Below, one piece after another: positions 17,171 through 25,425 of a stretch of 64,000 nucleotides of DNA. Made by a program: the position numbers and the translations under genes. A model generated the notes under the pieces. That model worked only from the letters and a program-made list of their open reading frames with translations, made no database searches and was not told where the DNA came from. The stretch is from Candidatus Aldehydirespirator sp. (GTDB taxonomy: Bacteria; Actinomycetota; Acidimicrobiia; Acidimicrobiales; Aldehydirespiratoraceae): positions 1,289,992-1,353,991 of the forward strand of contig OZ244866.1 of assembly GCA_965221185.1 (NCBI GenBank). Reading direction: 5' to 3'. The first letter of the stretch is position 1; the number at the start of each line of letters is the position of its first letter.

Positions 17171-18874
17171 TCAGGTGTGCTCCTTGAGGAATCCCTGTGG
17201 CCCGAAGATTTCTGAGCGGTCAAGAAAGCGGTTGAACCAGCGGCAGGACGGTTCGCCGAGGTGGAGGCAAGCCATGCATGCGCCGCCGCCGCTTCTGCAC
17301 CCCGGATCGAGTGCGCATCGCGACTCGCCCTCGACTAGGTCTTGGAGGAACCGATGCAGGTTTGTCTCGAAGACTGCTTGAAGGCCGCCGAGCACGAAGT
17401 TGCCGCGCGATGCTGCGTAGATGACGAAGGCGAGATGGTGGGGGAGGAGGTACTCAGCTAGTCCATCTCGTTCGATTCCGGCGAATGATGCCAAGCGGCG
17501 GACGGTTCGGTGTGCATAGGAGTGGACGAGCGTTAGCAGATCACCGCCGAGCGCTTGGGGGTCCTCCTGGGCGGGATGGGGGATTCCGATGCGCTCGAGC
17601 AGCGCCAGTCGCGCGCCCTGCTGGTCGTCTACCTCTGGCAGTCGGTGCCCTGCTTGCTTGAGGTGTTGGTAGACGTGCAGGGGGTCAAGACGGAAGAGCA
17701 GTGCCTCTGTGCGCGTCAGCGATCCGTAGGCGCGGAGTCCGCCGCGCTCACGGAACGGGACAAGCCGCGCCGCGCCCGGCGCTAGATCACCACGGGTGTA
17801 GGCGAAGGCGAGGGTCGCGACGGGGAAGTTGTCGAGCAACTCCACGTCCGCAAGGTGTGCACGGCGCATTGCGTCGTGGTAGGCCCCCTCATACAGGGTG
17901 CGCAGCGGCGGTGTCGTCCCGTCCACCATGTCGCTGACGCGTGTGCGGCCGCCACGCACTGCTGAGGCGAGACTCAAGGCCTCCTCGTGCGCCTTCTCGC
18001 GAACGGAGTCGGGGAGTCCCATGTCGGCGGTGCCGTCTCCGGCTTCTGCCTCGCCCTTGTCGACCGCGGTTTGAGCGAGGTCGCGTGCGGCTGGGTCGGA
18101 CAGGCCTGACCGTCGAAGGGTGTCCATGAGGCCCGCGAACGTCTGTCTTCCTGACGCCGGGTCGTCGGCATCCATCCCGTTGAGTATCCACTCAAGGGCT
18201 CGCGCTCCTCCTCCAGCGGCGCGCAGATGGGCGGCATCGGAAGGATCGGGCGGGTTGACGAGCACTGCGAAGCGGGGAGAGAAGACAACCGCTGCCCGAT
18301 GCACCGTCAGGTTCTTCCCGCCGTTGCCGCAGGAGCATGGCTGGAACGGGAATCCTCCCGATGTCAAGCTTGTCCGGCATTGAGGGCAGAAGAAGCGAAG
18401 CTCTCGTGCAGTCGCTGTGCCGGGCAGCCGGACGGCGACAGCGTTGTGCGTGCGGCAGCGCGGCAGCATCGGAGCCCCCGATGCGCCGCAGTCGTGATAG
18501 GTGACGAACTGCATCTGGGCTCGAGAGCGTCCATCGCAGGAGCATCGCTCTTCGCGCTTGGAGGCGATGCTTCCACACTTCTTGCAGCGCCACTGCTGGG
18601 GGAACGGCTCCACGAGGACACCGCGGTCCATGTTGAGGCTGACGACCTCCACGGTCGCACGGGCATGCAGATTGCGTCCTAGCTCATCGTCCTGCCCCGT
18701 CGCTATCCACGGCGCGATGGCGTGCAGTAGAGCGGCGCGCACCGCATCTTGGTCGAGTGGAATAGGCACCGGGTCGAGCCAGCGCATGACCCTCCAGATG
18801 CGGCCTTCGAGATCAGCGGTCTGACCGGGAAGCATGCCGAAGAGGACCTGCGAGGCTCCGCGCTCGACTCTCAC
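17171..18874 (-). CDS. drmB: DUF1998 (MrfA-type zinc-ribbon) protein, DrmB-like
   Basis: GTG 18874 shares one nt with the TAG of the helicase gene. There are internal Cys clusters (WRCKKCGS...CSCDG, FFCPQCRT...CSCGNGG). The terminal DUF1998-like motif is CRSGGGACMACLHLGEPSCRWFNRFLDRS. The symbol is tentative. Confidence 0.7.
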   Translation of the reverse strand: MRVERGASQVLFGMLPGQTADLEGRIWRVMRWLDPVPIPLDQDAVRAALLHAIAPWIATGQDDELGRNLHARATVEVVSLNMDRGVLVEPFPQQWRCKKCGSIASKREERCSCDGRSRAQMQFVTYHDCGASGAPMLPRCRTHNAVAVRLPGTATARELRFFCPQCRTSLTSGGFPFQPCSCGNGGKNLTVHRAAVVFSPRFAVLVNPPDPSDAAHLRAAGGGARALEWILNGMDADDPASGRQTFAGLMDTLRRSGLSDPAARDLAQTAVDKGEAEAGDGTADMGLPDSVREKAHEEALSLASAVRGGRTRVSDMVDGTTPPLRTLYEGAYHDAMRRAHLADVELLDNFPVATLAFAYTRGDLAPGAARLVPFRERGGLRAYGSLTRTEALLFRLDPLHVYQHLKQAGHRLPEVDDQQGARLALLERIGIPHPAQEDPQALGGDLLTLVHSYAHRTVRRLASFAGIERDGLAEYLLPHHLAFVIYAASRGNFVLGGLQAVFETNLHRFLQDLVEGESRCALDPGCRSGGGACMACLHLGEPSCRWFNRFLDRSEIFGPQGFLKEHT

Positions 18875-21800
18875 TACCTGCTTCCCCTTGTGATCACCGG
18901 TGCTTGCTCTTCGACGTCTCGCAGCGAGCGCATCGGCGTGCCGGTTGAGAACAACTCGCTGACCCAAGTTGCGGTGCTGGCCGGGTCGTTGAGCGCCCGG
19001 TAGAACTCTCGCAGATACGCGGTGATGTCGTTGCGCAGATTCTCGTCGAGCGGTCCGTCGAAGCCGAGCATATCGATCAAGGCCTCAAGCTCTCTGGATT
19101 CGTGCACTGGCAGCTTCGCGAAGGCGCGCTTGACCGTCGCGGGCGTCGTCAGTTGGGTCAGTTCAGCTGCGAGTGCGGCTGGTTCGTGGATGCCGTATAA
19201 GCGGGCCTGAACTAGACCCGCGAAGGTCAACTCGAGGACGCGGCGGCTCTTTGCGGTGATGGGCACGGGGTCGATGAGGCGATCGGCGTGGGCGACGAAG
19301 GACGGGAAGGTTCGGTACACGGCCGCATCGCGCTCTCGCCCGATCTTGTGCAGCACGATGACAAGGCCCGGGTGGGATCGCCCGACCCGCGAGGTCGTCT
19401 GGATGAACTCCGCGGTCGCGAGGGGCAGACCGAGCATGACGAGCACGTTGAGGCGGGTCACGTCGACGCCGTGCGACAGCATCGAGGAGGCCGCGACGAG
19501 ATGGATGCGCTCGTAGAAGTCCTGCTCGGGGTCGACTAGGCGAGCCAGGGTCGTGCGTACCTCGTCCAGCGGGGTGCGGCCAGTGAGGGTCGCGGCGTTG
19601 ACCGGCTGGTCCAGCTGGATCTGTGAGTCGAAGGACCTTGCGACGGCTTCGACGTCCTTGAGGTTGGAGCCGTAGACGACATCGACGCCGTAGTTGAGCA
19701 CCAGTTCGGGGAGGGCTGCGACGTCGATGCCAATGTCGTCTGCCACTGTCGCGGGGTCTTCGACAGCTCGCCGGATCACGCGTTGGAGCGACTCGGTCAA
19801 CTGGTCGGTGGCGTATTCCAGAGTCACACCACGTGGCGCTAGTCCCGCGAACCGGCGGGCCAGAGCCTCCGTGTCTTGTGACCAGAAGGACCTGCCCGCC
19901 TGCGGTCCGGGACGGGGGAATGTTCGGCCCTCGCGTTGGTAGAGGGCGGCGACCTGCTCGTCGTGTCCTGCCAGTGTCGCCGACGACGCGATGATCTTTG
20001 GCGCCGAGCCGTAGTGGTACTGCAAAGTGTCGAGGAGTGCTTCGTAGTGGGAGTCGACGGCGCCGAGGCTGTCACGCAAGAGGTGGAGTTCGTCTTGCAT
20101 GCGGATCGTGGGCGCGTACAGGTGGGAGTCCTGGTTAAGGGGCGCCGACTCCGCTCGGCAGCCGGGGAAGAGGCAGCCTCCGGGCGACGCGTGGCGGGGG
20201 GCGTAGGTGAAGCCGTGCCTTCGGACCGAGCAGCGACCAGAGGGCGTGCCGTAGAGGCCGCGCATCGCTGCCTGCATTGAGACGCTTGCAGCCTTGTCGA
20301 TGGTCCCGAGGACGACGGTCGGCAGTGAGCGATAGATCTCATCGTCGACGATGCGGAACGGGAGCTGAACCCCTTCCTGCGGGCAGTTCTGATCAGTGCA
20401 GACGTGATCTAGAGCCCAGCGCTCCTGGTCAAAACGCATCTGGAGATCATCGTTGCCGCAGAAGGGGCAGCGCAGCAGCACTTTGTAGCGCTCCGGCATG
20501 TGGGGATCGCTGGGGTCGGGGTCGCCTGGGCGTTGGTCCGTCCCTCGCCTGATCTTGTTGGGCGTACCGGCGGACCCCACGAGGAATCCCAGGGAGAACT
20601 CGCGTCCAGGGATCTCCTCATCGCGGCGTGTGAGCTCCGCGGCGGCGAGGACATCGGCGAAGCGCTGGGTCTGTTGCAGCGAGAGCATGCGGAGCGGGAA
20701 CCGCCCCCAGGACGTGACGCCCTCTCGCTTGCCCCGCAGCCGATCGAAGAAGGCGGCTGTGAGGACGTACAGCAGATAGGTCTCGGTCTTTCCGCCTCCG
20801 GTTGCGAACCACAAGGTGTCGACGATGCCGCGATCTCCGTCAGAGGTGTCATCGAGCAGGGATGCGACGTTGGCGAGCAGGAAGCCGAGTTGGAACGGCC
20901 GCCATTGAGCGTGCGACATGAGGGGTGACCGAGCGAAGGCTCTGTTGGCCAGCTTGAAACTGCGGCGAAGGCTCTCGTTGGCCTCTAGAAGGTTCAATCC
21001 GCGTTGAAGCCGCGCAAGTTCCTCGTAGAACTTCGCTGCCTCGGCGCAAGCCTCGCTCCGCATGCCGTCGTCCCAGTCCTCCTCGTCGCCGCGGCGAGTG
21101 AGGACTACCGGTGCCCAGTGATCAGCCCCCCACCTCTCGCAAGCGGTGACAAGGTCGCGAAGAGTGGGGATGGGGTCTGCCGCGAGGTTGGTGAAGGTGA
21201 TGTCGGGAGGAGGACCGAGGTCGTCGTCCCAGTATGTGGGCCTGGGTTGGTCGCATACGGCGACATCAGTGGTGCAGAAGGTCGTCTCGTTGACCTGCTC
21301 GACGCTGCCGTTCACTCCGTAGGCGCTGACCCTGCGGTCGTAGCGGAACGAGTCCGGAAGGTTGTCAAGCGTGAAGGGCAGCGTCTCGCCGGCGTCGACG
21401 ACGAGGCTTGCCTCGTAGACGTTCGTGTCCCATCGCGGTAGCTCCTCCGGGGAGAGGTTCACCAGCGTGACGACGAGTTCGTGGCCGTCCTTGCCGGTCT
21501 CAAGTTCGGCGTGGAATTCACAGATAATGCCGTCGGCGCCGACAGCTCCTAGCGCGTCAGCGAAGTCGTCGCGACCTGCGGACTCGATGGCGCCTGTGGA
21601 GCGGGGCGTTGGGAGATCGGCCGCCACCTCGATGGGGCCGCGCTTGCGCCGCTTCGGCGAGTCTGCTTCGCCGTTGCTGTCGATCTCATGCCAAACGACG
21701 AAGCGGGCAGTGCATCGCACTGTGCGGCCGTCGAACTCGCTCAGACGCAGGCGCAATCCAGTCTCGCATGGCTCAAGGCGTTCGCTGCGTTCCCCGAGGC

Positions 21801-21963
21801 GGCTCTGTTGTACGACGATTTCGGGAGCGAGGCGACCCAGCCACAGCCTTCCAGCCGGCGCCACTGCCAGCTCGTGCACGCGGTCGCCGCGTGCGTCAGC
21901 GACGACCTCCTCGAGCATCCAAGCGACGAAGGCCTCCGCATCGGCGGAACGGAGTGGGGCCAC
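18874..21963 (-). CDS. drmA: superfamily-2 DExH helicase, DrmA-like (1029 aa)
   Basis: Motif I is WFATGGGKTETYLL, motif II is MQDELHLL, and motif VI-like is IQTTSRVGRSHPG. There is a long N-terminal region of unknown function. GTG 21963 lies 2 nt after the MTase stop. The symbol is tentative. Confidence 0.75.
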   Translation of the reverse strand: MAPLRSADAEAFVAWMLEEVVADARGDRVHELAVAPAGRLWLGRLAPEIVVQQSRLGERSERLEPCETGLRLRLSEFDGRTVRCTARFVVWHEIDSNGEADSPKRRKRGPIEVAADLPTPRSTGAIESAGRDDFADALGAVGADGIICEFHAELETGKDGHELVVTLVNLSPEELPRWDTNVYEASLVVDAGETLPFTLDNLPDSFRYDRRVSAYGVNGSVEQVNETTFCTTDVAVCDQPRPTYWDDDLGPPPDITFTNLAADPIPTLRDLVTACERWGADHWAPVVLTRRGDEEDWDDGMRSEACAEAAKFYEELARLQRGLNLLEANESLRRSFKLANRAFARSPLMSHAQWRPFQLGFLLANVASLLDDTSDGDRGIVDTLWFATGGGKTETYLLYVLTAAFFDRLRGKREGVTSWGRFPLRMLSLQQTQRFADVLAAAELTRRDEEIPGREFSLGFLVGSAGTPNKIRRGTDQRPGDPDPSDPHMPERYKVLLRCPFCGNDDLQMRFDQERWALDHVCTDQNCPQEGVQLPFRIVDDEIYRSLPTVVLGTIDKAASVSMQAAMRGLYGTPSGRCSVRRHGFTYAPRHASPGGCLFPGCRAESAPLNQDSHLYAPTIRMQDELHLLRDSLGAVDSHYEALLDTLQYHYGSAPKIIASSATLAGHDEQVAALYQREGRTFPRPGPQAGRSFWSQDTEALARRFAGLAPRGVTLEYATDQLTESLQRVIRRAVEDPATVADDIGIDVAALPELVLNYGVDVVYGSNLKDVEAVARSFDSQIQLDQPVNAATLTGRTPLDEVRTTLARLVDPEQDFYERIHLVAASSMLSHGVDVTRLNVLVMLGLPLATAEFIQTTSRVGRSHPGLVIVLHKIGRERDAAVYRTFPSFVAHADRLIDPVPITAKSRRVLELTFAGLVQARLYGIHEPAALAAELTQLTTPATVKRAFAKLPVHESRELEALIDMLGFDGPLDENLRNDITAYLREFYRALNDPASTATWVSELFSTGTPMRSLRDVEEQAPVITRGSR

Positions 21964-21965
21964 CG

Positions 21966-23291
21966 TTAACTCGCCGAATCGCCGATGAGCGCGAGCGGCG
22001 CTACAGACTCGCGCGCCGTCAAATCAACCAGTCGGGTCTCTTCGACAGCACAGTCGGGAAGCGCGCCGAGCAGCGGCGCCAGCAGATGCACGACGAAAAG
22101 AGGCGGCACTGCGTTGCCGATCACTCTTGCCCAAACGCCTCGACCCTTGCGAGTGTCGAGGTCGAAGAAATCAGGCAGCGTCTGCAGGCGTGCAGCCTCA
22201 TGGGGCGTAAGCGTGCGAGGGTGCTCCGGATGCACGAACCTGCCCTGGCCCATGCACCCGAACCCGGTCGTGATCGTCTGTGCGGGCGCATCCCACGCCA
22301 GCCGCCCGTACATCGAGTTGTAGCTGTGCGAGCCGTGATGGCACTCGGGGCGCCTCTCGTTCGGAAGGTCGTACTTGTCCTGACCGATGAGCCACTGCAT
22401 CCGCTTAAGGTTGACGGGCGTCGATCTTGAGGCAGAGTCGGGCCCCGTCTTCGCTGTCTGATCGACGAGATCCTCGATTGCCCAACGCACGGACCGTTCG
22501 GCGTGGTCATCACACGCCGAACCTAAGCATCCCATGACGGACGGGTCGATTCGGTCTTCGATCGCCGCCAGAAGGATGTGGCGTCGGCGCCTCTGAGGCA
22601 CACCGAACTTCACAAGGTGAAGCACGTCGCTAGCGACCGAGTACCCGGCGGCCTTGAGGGCTTGAGTCGAGCGGTCCACGACACCGCCCCTGTCATGTCG
22701 CACTGTGGGGACGTTCTCGATGACTACGAGAACTGGCCGGAACACCTCTGCGGCGCGCACCGCCCGCAAGTACAGAGCGTTGCGGGGGTCCTGTCGCCGG
22801 GTGCGGTTGTTGAGGTCCGAATGCCCCTGACATGGTGGCCCAGCCACAAGAACGTCGACCTCACCTACCGCACGGGCAATGCTCCTCTCCGACGCTGTGC
22901 CCGGGGTTCCCAACTCACCGTCGAACAATGCCTCGACGCTGGCGCGCACCAGGTTCGCATGCGGGAAGTTGAGCCCGTAGACATCTGCAGCATGACCGTC
23001 GTTCTCGATTGCGAGAGCGACCTCCGTTCCACGTCCCAGCCGATGCGCTGCTTCCGCGACCCCAACCGTGAGACCACCGCCGCCAGCAAAGAGGTCAACT
23101 AGCTGGAATGGACTTGGCGAGCCCTCATAGTCGGGGCGATTCTTCGAAACCAGGAATTCGCGATCGACATCGCACCGATCACAGGACCTCGGATGCTCGG
23201 CCGCAGCGCTTCGTGGCTGTCCCCGGTGGGAGTTGCGGGAGACGGCGGACACGTCAGACGCTCGTTCGCGCAGGTTGGCCGGAGAGATCAC
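21966..23291 (-). CDS. DNA (cytosine-5)-methyltransferase, DrmMII-like
   Basis: All the classic C5-MTase motifs are present: DLFAGGGG (I), AGPPCQGHS (IV), VIENV (VI), QRRRR (VIII) and GNAVPP (X). The ~60-aa N-terminal extension means the start codon is uncertain. Confidence 0.85.
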   Translation of the reverse strand: MISPANLRERASDVSAVSRNSHRGQPRSAAAEHPRSCDRCDVDREFLVSKNRPDYEGSPSPFQLVDLFAGGGGLTVGVAEAAHRLGRGTEVALAIENDGHAADVYGLNFPHANLVRASVEALFDGELGTPGTASERSIARAVGEVDVLVAGPPCQGHSDLNNRTRRQDPRNALYLRAVRAAEVFRPVLVVIENVPTVRHDRGGVVDRSTQALKAAGYSVASDVLHLVKFGVPQRRRRHILLAAIEDRIDPSVMGCLGSACDDHAERSVRWAIEDLVDQTAKTGPDSASRSTPVNLKRMQWLIGQDKYDLPNERRPECHHGSHSYNSMYGRLAWDAPAQTITTGFGCMGQGRFVHPEHPRTLTPHEAARLQTLPDFFDLDTRKGRGVWARVIGNAVPPLFVVHLLAPLLGALPDCAVEETRLVDLTARESVAPLALIGDSAS

Positions 23292-23765
23292 TCGGGTGTT
23301 GTCCGGCCAACTCGCTAGTCAGCGGAGCAGCGGCTCGTACGATTGCGGAGCAGGTAGGCATCAATATCGGCTGCGCTCAGTCTCACCGCGCCCGTAAGTC
23401 GGCGCACACAGACGCATTTGCATCGGAATCCACCTTGTCACGCTACCCGCGCCGACGCCCATGGTCGGCGGGCTCCGGGACCCGCTGCATCATTGTGAGT
23501 GCCGGATGGCTGCATGCTGTTCCAGGTGACGTCGCCGGTGGCGGCGCAGATCCGTAGCGGTGCTTCGCTAGTGACTGCTGGCTCGTTAGGAGCCGGAATC
23601 GCCCGAGTTGAGGCAGCGAGTCGACGGGAAGCTGCCGTACGTCGCGACCGACCTTGTTGGGCGCCAGGTCTTCCGAGTGGTCCTTCGTCGACGCCGGGCC
23701 CGCGACGCCCCTTGCCTTGGTGGTGTTCGTGGCTTCGGCGTCGACCAGATGGGTAGGATCGTGGT

Positions 23766-24104
23766 GTGGTGACGCTGAGGTCCGATGGCCGGGTGACGAT
23801 TCCCAAGAACATCAGACGCCAGGCGCGCCTTAGCGAGGGCGACGAGTTGGATGCCGAGATGACCAGCGACGGCATTCTTCTTCGTCCGTGCTCTCAACGA
23901 GACCAGGACCAGTCGTGGTACTGGACCGACGAGTGGCAGGCTGGCGAGCAGCAGATCGTAGAGGACCGAGCCGCGGGCAAACGCGGCCCGGTGTTCGCCT
24001 CCGGGGATGAGTTCCTGGCTGCGCTGCGTGAGGCGGCCGTTGCCGACTACTGGGATGTGCGGCGCTCGCAGGCGGACGAGTCACAGGGCGTTGCCTGTGG
24101 ATAA
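23766..24104 (+). CDS. AbrB/MazE/SpoVT-family DNA-binding (antitoxin-like) protein
   Basis: VTLRSDGRVTIPKNIRRQARLSEGDELDAEMTSDGILLRP is the looped-hinge-helix signature. The C-terminal SWYWTDEWQAGE...DEFLAAL extension is common in actinobacterial members. No obvious toxin partner is adjacent. Confidence 0.65.
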   Translation: MVTLRSDGRVTIPKNIRRQARLSEGDELDAEMTSDGILLRPCSQRDQDQSWYWTDEWQAGEQQIVEDRAAGKRGPVFASGDEFLAALREAAVADYWDVRRSQADESQGVACG

Positions 24105-24180
24105 CTGCCGATTCACAGATGCGGGCAACGTGATGAGCTTGATCTTTCGGACACTGACCTGAGGCGCTGAGTTCGGGTCC

Positions 24181-25104
24181 ATGGCTAGCTCCTTCGAGGC
24201 CTTCGTGGCTGAGCGATTCCCCCAGAGTCGAGTCGTTCCGCTCAGTAGAACGAACAACGACGTCTACCGCGTCACCGACAGTGATGGCTTAGTTGTTGTG
24301 AAGCTGGTCACCGACGGCGACATCCCACTCGACTATCTCGTCGAGGTGAATCGGGTCGTCGCCCGGCGACTCCCGACGCAAGCGGTGCGCGAGATCCACG
24401 AGGCCTGCGATGCGGAGCCGTTCGCTGTGGTCGTCGCCGAGTACATCGACGGTGTCGATCTGGCCGCGGTGCTGGGTGGCGATGCTGCGTGCTCATTTGA
24501 TCGAGCGGCCATTGCCTCGTTCCTGGCCGACTTCCTCGAGGTCATGCTGGACGTGCCGCCGCTGCGTCCCGGATTCGGGCTCTACAAGCGCAAGGCGCAG
24601 ACATTCGCGACCCAACGGGAGTTCATCGAGCACTACGCCCGCCGCTACTGGAACCGATCACGGCCATTCTTCGACGATCGTGTCCAGCGCACGGTCGCCC
24701 GGTGGATCGACGGCGGGTTCGCCGCTGCGACGGTCGACGATCAGGCCTTCGGTGTGGTGGCAATCGATGCGAACCTGAAGAACTTCATCGTGACCACCGA
24801 CGGATCCTTCGTGGTTCTGAACGTCCCGATCGCCGGTCTGTCCTCGATCGCGCACGCCGTTGGTGCGCTCAGCGTCAATCTTCGCCATCACCCCGAGCGA
24901 GACCTGTTCTTCAACGAGGTCGCCCGCCGCATACCCGAGGCTCGACTCGATCTCGTTCCTCACTACGAGCTGTGGAACATGCTCGGCATTCTCTCCTTCT
25001 ACGCAGACCGCCATCCGGACCGTCCCAAGAGCTGGCGGAACTTCGGGTCGCCTCGGCCGCTCCGCGACGACTTCGAAGCCCATCTCGAGCAGCATTTCCA
25101 CTGA
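24181..25104 (+). CDS. phosphotransferase (APH/choline-kinase-like) family protein
   Basis: 307 aa with an N-lobe-like VYRVTDSDGLVVVKL and a catalytic-loop-like AIDANLKNFIV. The assignment rests on motifs only. Confidence 0.5.
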   Translation: MASSFEAFVAERFPQSRVVPLSRTNNDVYRVTDSDGLVVVKLVTDGDIPLDYLVEVNRVVARRLPTQAVREIHEACDAEPFAVVVAEYIDGVDLAAVLGGDAACSFDRAAIASFLADFLEVMLDVPPLRPGFGLYKRKAQTFATQREFIEHYARRYWNRSRPFFDDRVQRTVARWIDGGFAAATVDDQAFGVVAIDANLKNFIVTTDGSFVVLNVPIAGLSSIAHAVGALSVNLRHHPERDLFFNEVARRIPEARLDLVPHYELWNMLGILSFYADRHPDRPKSWRNFGSPRPLRDDFEAHLEQHFH

Positions 25105-25191
25105 GGAGGGAACCGTGATCTGTCGCATGTCGGCCGACCCGAGCGGCGCACGCTGGCATCAGCGTGTCCGACGATCGATCGGTCGGCGCGG

Positions 25192-25422
25192 TCAGCTCTC
25201 GCCGAAGAGCCAGTCGGCGTGATCGAGCCAGAAGACGATCTCACTCGGTCTGTTCTTGCGAATGGCCCAATCCAGAAAGCGCAAGATCATGTTGGCGACA
25301 TAGGCGAGGCGACGGACCTGGTCCAAGCCAGTCAGTACTGTTCGGATATGCCCATGGATCCTGGGAACTGATCCGTGCCCTGTGTCGTCATAACCTTCCG
25401 ACTGCACTAGGAGGGTTGCCAA
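25192..25422 (-). CDS. hypothetical small protein or gene remnant
   Basis: Track ORF of 76 aa. The C-terminal half looks protein-like (RRLAYVANMILRFLDWAIRKNRPSEIVFWLDHADWLFGES) and lies in lower-GC DNA. It has a weak TTG start and no recognisable motif. Confidence 0.3.
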   Translation of the reverse strand: MATLLVQSEGYDDTGHGSVPRIHGHIRTVLTGLDQVRRLAYVANMILRFLDWAIRKNRPSEIVFWLDHADWLFGES

Positions 25423-25425
25423 TCC

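Noticed and set aside
23292-23765. The 470-bp spacer between the MTase start and the AbrB-like gene, examined as a possible small gene (such as a Vsr-like repair endonuclease) or regulatory RNA
   Set aside because: No ORF there has a Vsr-like or other recognisable motif. It is most simply a divergent promoter region.
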